This document shows, one piece after another, positions 1 to 9,028 of a stretch of DNA of 32,774 nucleotides. Each line of letters begins with the position of its first letter. Positions within the stretch are counted from its first letter, which is position 1. Position numbers and translations under genes: made by a program. A model generated the notes under the pieces. It saw only the letters and a program-made list of their open reading frames with translations. It did not search any database and had not been told where the DNA came from. This DNA comes from Bacteroidia bacterium (GTDB taxonomy: Bacteria > Bacteroidota > Bacteroidia > B-17B0 > Aurantibacillaceae): NCBI GenBank assembly GCA_039919745.1, contig JBDSFC010000123.1, positions 1 through 32,774 of the forward strand. Direction: 5' to 3'.

Positions 1-70
1 TGGTAACACGACCTTTTGGTATTAAACGTACCATCTGGTAAACCATATTAAAAAAATCTTTATCTGCCAT
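1..70 (-). CDS. MGMT/ATL-family (alkyltransferase-like, YbaZ-type) protein, 5' part only; runs off the window edge
   Basis: Manual translation from ATG at 70: MADKDFFNMVYQMVRLIPKGRVT..., matching the typical 'F...VY..V..IP.G.V.(T/S)YG' N-terminus of this family. Not in the ORF track. Confidence 0.8.
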   Translation of the reverse strand, partial: MADKDFFNMVYQMVRLIPKGRVT

Positions 71-84
71 AAATTATTTTATTG

Positions 85-141
85 AGATCCCTCCGTTGTC
101 GGATGACAAAATGTTATGTCATGCTGACGAAGGAAGCATCT
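85..141. repeat. Inverted pair of TGTCA-tagged REP-like palindromic units
   Basis: AGATCCCTCCGTTGTCGGATGACA (85-108) and TGTCATGCTGACGAAGGAAGCATCT (117-141) are imperfect reverse complements; a GC-rich patch in an AT-rich intergenic gap. Confidence 0.6.
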
Positions 142-144
142 GTT

Positions 145-2133
145 TTATATTCTTATTCCAATTAAACAAACATCGTCGATCTGCTCAAGATCACCGCGCC
201 AATCATTATGTGCTATTTCTAATTCATTCTTTAAAATACTCATGCTTTGTGAAGAATGTTTCATTAATAATTCTTCCAAACGTTTGTACATGAATTTTTT
301 TCCTTGCCTAAATAAATTACCATTCATTTTTGCTGTTGGTCCACCAAACTGATCAGCGTAACCATCCGTGAACATCACTATCAGATCGTTCTTTTTTAAT
401 TCAAGTTCAGTTGTTTTAAAAATATATTTGCGCATATCTACATCAGCGCTTATGGGCTGTTTATCTGCTTTAATTACATTCAACACACCATCACGAATAT
501 GATAAATGCTATTGTTGGCACCGCTGAATTTTAGTTTCAAATTTTTACGATCTACTTCAATTAAGCTCATATCCATGCCATCTTTTATTTGTTGGGTTGG
601 ATCTTCTTTCTTGAAGAATTTAGGTAATTCAATATTTAAATAATCTAAGATCTCTGATGGATCTTTATGCTGATCGCTTTCATCTATTTTATTTAATAAT
701 GAGTAAGCTACCAAACTCATAAAAGCACCAGGTACGCCATGACCAGTGCAATCGCAGCAAGCCATTAAAAAATTATTACCTGCATTTTTACCTGCCCAAT
801 AAAAATCACCACTTACAATGTCTTTTGGTTTAAAGAAAACAAAATGCTCTCCGATCTTTTGGCTCAATTCATTTTCATTTGGTAAAATTCCTTCCTGTAT
901 CCGTTTCGAATAATAAATGCTGTCTAAGATTTCTTTTTTCTGGTGTGTGATCTCGGCTTTCTGTTCTTCTAATAAAACATTTGCTTTACGTTTATCCCTG
1001 AATAATTTATAAAAGAAAAAGATGCCGCCAATTAATAATAACGAAAGAGAGCTTACTAAAATTAAAAAAGCTTTATTGCGTTTTAGTTGCAATGATTTAT
1101 TAATATTATTTAATTTCTGGATCTCTAATTCTTTCTCAACTTTAAAATTATTATAATTATTCTCTGACTCGTTTGATTTTTGGATCTTTTCTGAATTGGC
1201 CAGGCTATCGCTAAAGACCTGGTATTGCTTAAGCGTGCGGTAAGCATTTTTGTAATCGTTAATTGAAGAATAGCAATAATTGAGTTCCTTATAATTTTTT
1301 CTTTGCTCCTGTATATCATCAAGAGGAATTATTCTCAAGTTTTTCTCATAAAAATCGATCGCTTTTTTAAACTCTCCAACGGTTTGATAATAAGTGCCCG
1401 AAAAATAATATAATGAGTTATAGTCATCGTTAGTTTGTTTTGTCTTTTTAAAATAAAATTCAAGGGAATCTAATTGTTCTTTTGCTTTTTTTAGGTCATT
1501 TAATTGGTAATAACTCTGCATTTTATTTCCTAGTATCGACGGTATATACGTATACACCTCGTGCGATTTGGCAATCCCCTCGCTGATCCTCAGATAATGT
1601 AAGCCAAGTAATGGTAGGTTTAAATTATTATAATCAACTCCAAGATTGTTAGAAGAAGTAAATTGCTGATTTAGATCTTTTAATTTTACCGCTATGGCAT
1701 ATGTTTTTCTAAAAAAGTAAACTGCTTTTTTACTGTTGCCCTGGTCTGAATTAATAATTCCTAAATAATTAAATATTCTTCCCTGTAGTTTTTCAAGTTT
1801 AAACTCTTCGGCAATAGTCAGCGATTTATATAAGTAGGTAATTGCATTTTCATAACGCGACGAATAATAATAAGCTTCACCAATTAAGAAATAAGCATGG
1901 GCTAAAAGATCGCGACGGTTGTGGGTAATAAAAAAGTCCTGTAATTCTTTTCCGTATTTTACTTTCGAATCAAGTGTGGTACCTTCTTTTTTAATAATGA
2001 ACTCTATTTTTTTGAGTTTTATACTATCGTTTAATTCAGAATTTAAGATAATAGAAACACTATCCTCCTGGGATGCCCCATTAAAGGCCGTTCCGATAAA
2101 AAATACGAATAAATATTTAACAAAAAGCCTGAT
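145..2133 (-). CDS. TPR-repeat, single-TM SpoIIE/PP2C-type (RsbU-like) sensor phosphatase; start codon uncertain (ATC at 2133 proposed)
   Basis: C-terminal motifs DIVSGDFYW, DCTGHGVPGA, FTDGYADQFGG, QIDD; TM segment AFLILVSSLSLLLIGGIFFFY. The frame stays open upstream of the track's GTG (1557) to a TAA at 2191-2193 and encodes TPR-like helices (AHAYFLIGEAYYYSSRYENAITY; GRIFNYLGIINSDQGNSKKAVYF) and a signal-peptide-like segment (IRLFVKYLFVFFIGTAFNGASQ). Confidence 0.85.
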   Translation of the reverse strand: MRLFVKYLFVFFIGTAFNGASQEDSVSIILNSELNDSIKLKKIEFIIKKEGTTLDSKVKYGKELQDFFITHNRRDLLAHAYFLIGEAYYYSSRYENAITYLYKSLTIAEEFKLEKLQGRIFNYLGIINSDQGNSKKAVYFFRKTYAIAVKLKDLNQQFTSSNNLGVDYNNLNLPLLGLHYLRISEGIAKSHEVYTYIPSILGNKMQSYYQLNDLKKAKEQLDSLEFYFKKTKQTNDDYNSLYYFSGTYYQTVGEFKKAIDFYEKNLRIIPLDDIQEQRKNYKELNYCYSSINDYKNAYRTLKQYQVFSDSLANSEKIQKSNESENNYNNFKVEKELEIQKLNNINKSLQLKRNKAFLILVSSLSLLLIGGIFFFYKLFRDKRKANVLLEEQKAEITHQKKEILDSIYYSKRIQEGILPNENELSQKIGEHFVFFKPKDIVSGDFYWAGKNAGNNFLMACCDCTGHGVPGAFMSLVAYSLLNKIDESDQHKDPSEILDYLNIELPKFFKKEDPTQQIKDGMDMSLIEVDRKNLKLKFSGANNSIYHIRDGVLNVIKADKQPISADVDMRKYIFKTTELELKKNDLIVMFTDGYADQFGGPTAKMNGNLFRQGKKFMYKRLEELLMKHSSQSMSILKNELEIAHNDWRGDLEQIDDVCLIGIRI

Positions 2134-2177
2134 GCTTAAAACTAAGGCTTTTACATTATTAAAACAACAAAAAAAGT

Positions 2178-2185
2178 TATCTTTG
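2178..2185 (+). promoter_or_regulatory. Bacteroidota -7 promoter element (TATCTTTG) of gltX
   Basis: Exact TAnnTTTG match, 7 nt upstream of the gltX ATG. Confidence 0.65.
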
Positions 2186-2192
2186 CAGTCTT

Positions 2193-3707
2193 ATGGAAAA
2201 AAGAGTTAGAGTCAGATTTGCACCTAGTCCTACAGGTGGCTTACATATGGGCGGTGTTCGTACTGCTTTATTTAATTATTTGTTTGCGAAAAAGCATGGT
2301 GGCGATTTTATTTTACGTATTGAGGATACGGATCAAACCCGCTTTGTAAAAGGCGCGGAAGAATATATTATTGAAGCTTTAAAATGGTGTGGTATTGAAC
2401 CTAATGAAGGTGTTGGTTTTGGAGATGGTAAACATAAGCCTTATCGCCAGAGTGAACGCAAAGAGTTAGGGATCTATAAAAAGTATGCAGATAAATTAAT
2501 TGAAAGTGGGCATGCTTATTACGCTTTTGATACGGAAGAAGAATTGAACGACATGCGTAAACGTTTGGAAGCCGCTAAAGTTGTAGCACCACAATACAAT
2601 GCCGTTACGCGCCAGAATATGCGCAATTCAACAACTTTAGGCGAAGATGAGGTTAAAAAATTATTGGCTGAAGGTGTAAAGTATGTAGTGCGTTTAAAAG
2701 TGCCTCGTAATGAAGAAATTCGTTTTAATGATATTATTCGTGGCTGGGTAACTGTAAACTCTGCGCAGGTAGATGATAAAGTATTATTAAAAAGTGATGG
2801 TATGCCAACCTACCATTTGGCGCATATTGTAGACGATATTGAAATGGAAATTTCTCATGCTGTGCGTGGTGAAGAATGGTTGCCAAGTGCACCGGCACAT
2901 ATTTTAATTTACCGGTATTTAGGTTTGGAAAATGAAATGCCAAAGCTGGCGCATTTACCGTTGATCTTAAATCCGGATGGTAATGGAAAAATTAGCAAGC
3001 GTGAAGCGCGTTTTCCTGTGTTTCCTTTAAGTTGGCAGGATCCGCGTGAAACCTCACCTTATGTTGGTTACAAAGAATCTGGATATTATCCTGAAGCCTT
3101 TATAAATATTTTAGCATTGCTTGGTTGGAATCCGGGAAATAATGAAGAGATTTTTTCTGTGGCAGAATTAGCAGAGTTATTTTCGTTTGAGCGTGTTCAC
3201 AAATCAGGGGCGAAGTTTGATCCTGAAAAAGCAAAATGGTTCAACCAACAATATCTTCGTAAAAAATCAGATGCGGAATTAGCAGAAGTTTTTAAACCGA
3301 TCTTAAAAGAAAAAGGTATTGAAAAAAATGATGCTTTCGTTATTGAGTTTTGTAAACTGGTAAAAGAAAAAGTGCAATTTGTGCATGAGTTTTGGGACCA
3401 GGGAAAATATGTATTTGAAGCGCCAACAGGTTACGATGAAAAAGTAATGACCAAAAAATGGAACGATCAAAGCAAAGAATTATTTACAAAAGTTCTGAAT
3501 TTATTTAAAAACATTTCTGATTGGAACACAATAGTACTTCACGATTCGTTTGAAGGATTGGTGAATGAAGCAGGAAAAATTGATATGCAGTTATTACGTG
3601 TATTAATTACAGGTGTTGCCGGTGGCCCGCATTTATTTGATATGCTGGCTTTAATTGGAAAAGAAGAAACGGTAAAACGGTTGGAAGTTGCTTTGAATAA
3701 GCTTTAA
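2193..3707 (+). CDS. gltX: Glutamate--tRNA ligase
   Basis: RVRFAPSPTG, HIGH-like HMGG, LRIEDTD, KMSKS-like KISKR; 504 aa with C-terminal anticodon-binding domain. Confidence 0.97.
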   Translation: MEKRVRVRFAPSPTGGLHMGGVRTALFNYLFAKKHGGDFILRIEDTDQTRFVKGAEEYIIEALKWCGIEPNEGVGFGDGKHKPYRQSERKELGIYKKYADKLIESGHAYYAFDTEEELNDMRKRLEAAKVVAPQYNAVTRQNMRNSTTLGEDEVKKLLAEGVKYVVRLKVPRNEEIRFNDIIRGWVTVNSAQVDDKVLLKSDGMPTYHLAHIVDDIEMEISHAVRGEEWLPSAPAHILIYRYLGLENEMPKLAHLPLILNPDGNGKISKREARFPVFPLSWQDPRETSPYVGYKESGYYPEAFINILALLGWNPGNNEEIFSVAELAELFSFERVHKSGAKFDPEKAKWFNQQYLRKKSDAELAEVFKPILKEKGIEKNDAFVIEFCKLVKEKVQFVHEFWDQGKYVFEAPTGYDEKVMTKKWNDQSKELFTKVLNLFKNISDWNTIVLHDSFEGLVNEAGKIDMQLLRVLITGVAGGPHLFDMLALIGKEETVKRLEVALNKL

Positions 3708-3717
3708 AATTAATTTT

Positions 3718-5025
3718 ATGAAAAACGTAATTATATTTTTCCTAATAAGTTTTTATTTAAATACAGTTGCTCAATGTGTTCAGCCAACTATTCCAAGCGT
3801 CAATTCAGTTACAAATTGTTCCGGCCAAAACTCTACATTAACTTGTAATGGCACATTAAATAATGCAACAAATTGGGTATGGTATACAGGAAGTTGCGGC
3901 GGGATATTAGTGGGTACAGGAACCCAATTAATTGTTAGCCCAACGGTAACAACTACTTACTTTGTAAGAGGCGAAGGGGGTTGTGTGATTCCAGGCCCCT
4001 GCGCAACAAGTTCAGTTAGCGTATTACAATCACCAAGCATAAGCGCAACGTTTAATAATATGTCGTGTTTTGGGCTAAGTAATGGCAGCATTTCATTATT
4101 AGTATCCGGGCAAGCGCCTTTTTCTTATAATTGGAGTCCAACAGGATATACTACGGCAAACATCAGTGGATTAAGTGCTGCACCGCATACAGCAACAGTA
4201 ACTGACGCTAATGGGTGTAAAACTTTTACAACAATAAATATTTTTCAACCAAATATATTAGCCTTAAATGTATCTCCATCCCAAACAATTTGTTATGGTA
4301 ATCAGGCATCCGTGTATGCTCAAGCTATCGGGGGTACAACCCCATATTCCTATACAATGACAAACCTCTCAAATAATACTACAACAACAATCGTAACTCC
4401 AATAGGCATGAATGTATCGCCAACTTTAACATCAACAACTCAATTTACAGTTTCGGTAGTTGATGCAAATGGATGTTCAAATGGACCTCAAACGATCATA
4501 GCTAATGTTTGGCCGGCACTTATCGCAAGTGGTTATTCAGTTGTGGCTTGTAGCGGTGATAGTGTTACTCTGACTGCAAATATAATTTCCGCAGGCAATG
4601 GAGGGCCTCGGAGTTATAATTGGTCAAATGGTGCAACTTCAGTTAGCGCTGGTATTATTGTAAATTTTACAAATACACCAAATACTTATACCGTGGTTAT
4701 TGATGATGGATGTACCATTCCAAATACAAGCGCTATATTTACAGTTAATGTAAGCGCATGCGTTGGCATCAATGAGAATAAATTTAAAAAAGTAAATATT
4801 TCTTTTTATCCAAATCCTGCATATGACTTTTTAATTATAGAAAGTGACAAGGAATTAAAAATTACACTATTTTCAGTATTAGGGCGGGAAATATTACAGT
4901 CAAAAATTACAAACACAAAAAATCCGATAGATGTTAGGGCTTTAAGTAATGGGATATATTATCTTTCTATATTTAATGTTGCTAATAAAAAGATGATGAC
5001 TGAAAAAATCTTGATTCAACATTAA
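3718..5025 (+). CDS. Secreted T9SS type A sorting-domain protein with Ig-like/SprB-like repeats
   Basis: Signal peptide ending AQ; SprB-like 'SC.G..NG.I...P.SY.W...TVTDANGC'; C-terminal 'FYPNPA...LSNGIYYL...KILIQH' CTD. Confidence 0.88.
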   Translation: MKNVIIFFLISFYLNTVAQCVQPTIPSVNSVTNCSGQNSTLTCNGTLNNATNWVWYTGSCGGILVGTGTQLIVSPTVTTTYFVRGEGGCVIPGPCATSSVSVLQSPSISATFNNMSCFGLSNGSISLLVSGQAPFSYNWSPTGYTTANISGLSAAPHTATVTDANGCKTFTTINIFQPNILALNVSPSQTICYGNQASVYAQAIGGTTPYSYTMTNLSNNTTTTIVTPIGMNVSPTLTSTTQFTVSVVDANGCSNGPQTIIANVWPALIASGYSVVACSGDSVTLTANIISAGNGGPRSYNWSNGATSVSAGIIVNFTNTPNTYTVVIDDGCTIPNTSAIFTVNVSACVGINENKFKKVNISFYPNPAYDFLIIESDKELKITLFSVLGREILQSKITNTKNPIDVRALSNGIYYLSIFNVANKKMMTEKILIQH

Positions 5026-6206
5026 AGCACCTTGAAAGGATTCACCTCTGCAGAAATAATTTTATTTGCATCTGCTTGCAACCAATCCTGCAAAATATTT
5101 TTGTAAATACTTCTAAAATCTACACGATATTTAAGATCACCGTCATCAAGGTCTTCAAGATTTGGTAATTCATTTACAATGCCTTTTTTCTTCAAATTTT
5201 TTCCGAATAAGAACACATTGCCAGCAGTGCCATGATCTGTGCCGCCGCTAGCGTTCTCTTCAACGCGTCTTCCAAATTCGCTAAAAGTAAAAACAACAGT
5301 ATCATCCCATTTATTTAAACCTTTTAAATTAACAATAAATGCAGAAACTGCTTTTGCATATTGTTCCAACAAATTATTTTGTTTATCGAGTTGGGCCGCA
5401 TGTGTATCAAAACCGGTTAAACTAACGTAATACACTTTTGTAGAAATACCACTTACAATAAAATTAGCAATATCCTTTAATTGTTTTCCTAATTCACTAT
5501 TTGGGTATTCAAAGGTATTGGTTACTATTTTATTTTTTTCATAAATATAATCTACTCCCGAAGTAGTTTCTAATAAGGTCTTGTATAAATAACCCTGGTT
5601 ATCTTCGTTCAGCACATCATTTTTTGCAGCCTCTGCAATATCATTAAAATAAGGCACTTTCAGCTCCTGGTGCAATTGAGAAATGTTTTTTACCGCAAGA
5701 CCATTTAATTTTTTGCCTTTTAATGCAAGCGATAAATAATTATCTACTTCAATACCTTCATAAGCGTTTTTACATTCATTATCCAAATATCTTCCCAGCC
5801 AACCGGTATGTAAAAACTCCGAACTACCGCTTGCGGTGTGCCAGATATCCATACTTCTAAAATGTGAGCGATCAGGATTTGGATAACCAACATTGTTAAC
5901 TATAGCCATTTCGCCGCTATCGTAAAATTGTTTTAATACAGCAAGAGAGTTGTTAAAAGCCAGATCTTTTTCCAACAGAATTAATTTATCTTCTTTTAAT
6001 CCTAGTTTTGGGCGTTTTTTATAATACAGATCGTTTTTAAATGGCACAATAGTATTTAACCAATCGTTACCGCCAGAAAACTGTATTACCACTATGTTTT
6101 TTTGTATGCCACCCGGACTTAGATTTTCCAATGGCTTTAAAAAACCGGGAATTAAAAAATAACCGCTGGCCAATGAACTTGTTTTTAAAAATCCTCTTCT
6201 GTCCAT
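5022..6206 (-). CDS. DUF1501 family protein with Tat signal
   Basis: MDRRGFLK twin-arginine motif; GGND..NT, YPNPDRSHFRSMDIW, GFDTHA.Q, SEFGRR, GTDHG. Confidence 0.92.
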   Translation of the reverse strand: MDRRGFLKTSSLASGYFLIPGFLKPLENLSPGGIQKNIVVIQFSGGNDWLNTIVPFKNDLYYKKRPKLGLKEDKLILLEKDLAFNNSLAVLKQFYDSGEMAIVNNVGYPNPDRSHFRSMDIWHTASGSSEFLHTGWLGRYLDNECKNAYEGIEVDNYLSLALKGKKLNGLAVKNISQLHQELKVPYFNDIAEAAKNDVLNEDNQGYLYKTLLETTSGVDYIYEKNKIVTNTFEYPNSELGKQLKDIANFIVSGISTKVYYVSLTGFDTHAAQLDKQNNLLEQYAKAVSAFIVNLKGLNKWDDTVVFTFSEFGRRVEENASGGTDHGTAGNVFLFGKNLKKKGIVNELPNLEDLDDGDLKYRVDFRSIYKNILQDWLQADANKIISAEVNPFKVL

Positions 6207-6207
6207 A

Positions 6208-7584
6208 TTAAGCTAAATTATATTCAGGTAAAGAAACTATTTTTAAGATCATTTCTTTTATTCCTAAAGAAGGATCGCTTTTTATTTTTTCAAGTACTTT
6301 TGGTGAAGGCGTTTTTAATAAATATACTTTCATTAATTTATCAAGATCTAAACTTTTATTTTCTTCCAAGATAATTCCCCAGTTTACTTCAGTGCCAAAT
6401 TTTTTATTTAAAAGGATATCTTCTTTTTTCTGATCGTCCGGGTCATCAATTTTATCAGGGATCTCCACATTACCATTGTTTAAGATCTGTGACGGTAATT
6501 TCATTCTAAGAACAAGCGTGGTACTATCAATAAAAGTTTTACCTCCCGGCCAGCCGGCCACATTGGGTGGATAAAATAATTGCTGACCTAAAACACGTTG
6601 CAGCTTAAACAAAATATCATAGTTTGCAAATTTAATTGAGAATTGACGCGAAAGCCCGATCAAATAATCGATAGGCGATTTAATGTTGCATCCCATATTT
6701 TCCGCATCATAAAACCAGGGACTGGTAAATATTTTTTTTACGAGCGCACCCGTGTTGTATTGATTTTGATAATAAAAATCAGCTAATTGTTTTACACGCT
6801 CTTCGTTAACATTTTCGTTAACATAAAACTTGTACATTTTTTTTGTGATAAAGTAAGCCGTTTGTTTATTACTCATGATCATATTGATCACATCTTCGCC
6901 ACCAAAATTTCCTTTGCGGGTAAAAATGGTTTTCTCGCCATCATCGTGTTGTTTCTCTTTAAATTCAAAAGTGCTGTCTTCTTTATTAAATCCCCAGCCG
7001 GTAAAAGCACGCGCTACTTCCTGCACATCCTGTTCAGTATAATTTCCACGGCCTAAAGTAAAAAGTTCCATTAACTCGCGCGCAAAATTTTCGTTTGGAT
7101 GTGCTTTTTTATTTTGTTGATTGTTGAGGTAGATCAACATGGCAGGGCTTTTACTTACCTCTACCAAAAGATCCCTGAAACTGGAGAAAGCGAATTTGCG
7201 ATGAATGTTGTTTAATTCCTGCATTAAATAAGGGTGACGTACCCTGCAGGCAAAATGATTATGCCAGAACAAAGTTTGTTTTTCCAACAAAACATTTTCT
7301 GTATTCAATAATTTTTTTATCCAGGATGTATTTAATTGCTCCAGTTTATCCTTTAATAATTTTTGATAATCTTTCATGCTCATGCCACTTTCCATAGCGT
7401 CTTTTTTAAGCATGATATCTTCTTTACTTATTTCTGTTAAATAAGTTCCGGTGGTAGAAGTAACAATTAAACCATTGATTATCTCATTCAAACTTTTTTG
7501 TGATAGTAATTTTGCTTTTGCATACGAAATGCCAAATCCTAAACGACTGTAAATGTGAAATATTTGACCAAGTGGAGTTGACAT
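6208..7584 (-). CDS. DUF1800 family protein
   Basis: LFWHNHF, PAMLIYL, PNENFARELMELFTLG, ARAFTGW, PPNVAGW; lies 1 nt upstream of DUF1501, its usual partner. Confidence 0.92.
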   Translation of the reverse strand: MSTPLGQIFHIYSRLGFGISYAKAKLLSQKSLNEIINGLIVTSTTGTYLTEISKEDIMLKKDAMESGMSMKDYQKLLKDKLEQLNTSWIKKLLNTENVLLEKQTLFWHNHFACRVRHPYLMQELNNIHRKFAFSSFRDLLVEVSKSPAMLIYLNNQQNKKAHPNENFARELMELFTLGRGNYTEQDVQEVARAFTGWGFNKEDSTFEFKEKQHDDGEKTIFTRKGNFGGEDVINMIMSNKQTAYFITKKMYKFYVNENVNEERVKQLADFYYQNQYNTGALVKKIFTSPWFYDAENMGCNIKSPIDYLIGLSRQFSIKFANYDILFKLQRVLGQQLFYPPNVAGWPGGKTFIDSTTLVLRMKLPSQILNNGNVEIPDKIDDPDDQKKEDILLNKKFGTEVNWGIILEENKSLDLDKLMKVYLLKTPSPKVLEKIKSDPSLGIKEMILKIVSLPEYNLA

Positions 7585-7628
7585 ATTTTATAAGACGTAA
7601 ATAATCAGTAAAAGTTTAAAGTATTATA

Positions 7629-8615
7629 TTAAATTACATTGAACTCCCCTAAAAAAACAACCAGCACACATAACAAAAAGAAAACAAGGATCGTGTTGGT
7701 TATTTTGGTTTGTTTTAGTCCATATAAAAAATCACCAATAAAAAACGAAAGCGGAAATGCATAGGTTAAAATAATACTTGAACTATTAGCGCCCCCTGAG
7801 AAAAATCCAAAAGTAGAAAAGAAAAGGAACCAGAATAAAATTGTTTTTGTACGCTGTTTTTTTACTGTATTACCAAAACCATTTACAAAACTTTGAAAAA
7901 CGGAGATCAGTAGTGTGATCACTAAAAAAGTAGTTAATGGTAAATAATATTCACTGAAAGAAGGTGTTTTTAAGAATTGTAAGAACAAGCTGATAGATTT
8001 AAAAACATACCATTGGTTAAAATCACTTAAATAGGCAATGCCTTCACAGAGCATGATCGGTGCTAAAAACCCCAAAATAGCAATGGCCCAATCGCGCCAA
8101 TAAAAAGGACGTAAAATTAAAAGTACAATAAAGAATAAAGGAAAACTAATAACGCTTGAAACGGTTATGTAAGCGGAGATACTTAACCAAAATGCTGCTT
8201 CAAATAATTGGTTTAAAACATTTTCTTTTCGATATGTATCCAACAATTTATAAATAGAATACAGAACAAAAACGTTTGTAAAGATCTGCGGTGTTATTTG
8301 TTGTGGATTAATAGAAACAACGCTTAAAATCAAATAAATAAATACAGGAAAATAGTTTAATTTATCAGTTACCTCCTGCTTTACGGCAATTAAGCTTATT
8401 AAAAGCACGCCAAGGCCAATAAATAAAAAATTTAAGAGGATAATGGCGAATCTGGAGGATACTTTTTGAGAAAAATAGTTATAAAAAAGATTAGGGTAAT
8501 TGTTGAATTCCAGGCTTTTAGGTGCAAAATAGAGCAAAATGGCCGAGGCTACAAAAATGATAGACAAAAGCACTAAACTCCCCCTGATCCCCTTATTTAA
8601 AAAGCCTGCGAACAC
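7629..8615 (-). CDS. Polytopic membrane protein, DUF6427-like
   Basis: Many hydrophobic helices over 328 aa; divergent from a DUF6341-like small gene, an arrangement recalled from Bacteroidota. Confidence 0.65.
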   Translation of the reverse strand: MFAGFLNKGIRGSLVLLSIIFVASAILLYFAPKSLEFNNYPNLFYNYFSQKVSSRFAIILLNFLFIGLGVLLISLIAVKQEVTDKLNYFPVFIYLILSVVSINPQQITPQIFTNVFVLYSIYKLLDTYRKENVLNQLFEAAFWLSISAYITVSSVISFPLFFIVLLILRPFYWRDWAIAILGFLAPIMLCEGIAYLSDFNQWYVFKSISLFLQFLKTPSFSEYYLPLTTFLVITLLISVFQSFVNGFGNTVKKQRTKTILFWFLFFSTFGFFSGGANSSSIILTYAFPLSFFIGDFLYGLKQTKITNTILVFFLLCVLVVFLGEFNVI

Positions 8616-8675
8616 AATTTTTTTATTTATAAATAATCCCTATTTTTGTTCTGTAAACTTACAAATTAAAAAGAT

Positions 8676-8876
8676 ATGACAAGCTTAATGGTTACATGGA
8701 CAGACATTTTTGAAGGAATTGGAAAATTTTCATACTGGGTGTTTAAAGGTATGAGAGTTTTAGGCCATGGCCCAAATGTTTTTATCTCTTTATTTGTTAT
8801 TGGTATGCTAACGTATTGGACTGTGTATTTAATAAAATACAAAAACCGCGCTAAGCAAAACGGTACAACCCAATAA
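8676..8876 (+). CDS. Small membrane protein, DUF6341-like
   Basis: 66 aa, 'W.DIFEGIG...N..I...I....YW...L.KY' pattern; TATTTTTG -7 element at 8641-8648. Confidence 0.65.
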   Translation: MTSLMVTWTDIFEGIGKFSYWVFKGMRVLGHGPNVFISLFVIGMLTYWTVYLIKYKNRAKQNGTTQ

Positions 8877-9028
8877 TTTTTTTACTCTTTTAATTTTTTT
8901 GCAATTAAATTCCGTCGTTTAATTTTATTTTCTGACGACTTTTCTATCCTCCTCTTTTCTGTTAATTAATACTAATTGGGTTATTTTAAACAAGAATAAT
9001 ATTTTATATTGTTGTTTAAAAATCTCGT

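Noticed and set aside
96-293. 65-aa plus-strand ORF
   Set aside because: Starts inside the REP-like repeat and runs antisense to the phosphatase gene; no coding features.
1919-2209. 96-aa plus-strand ORF before gltX
   Set aside because: Antisense shadow of the extended TPR region and overlaps the gltX promoter.
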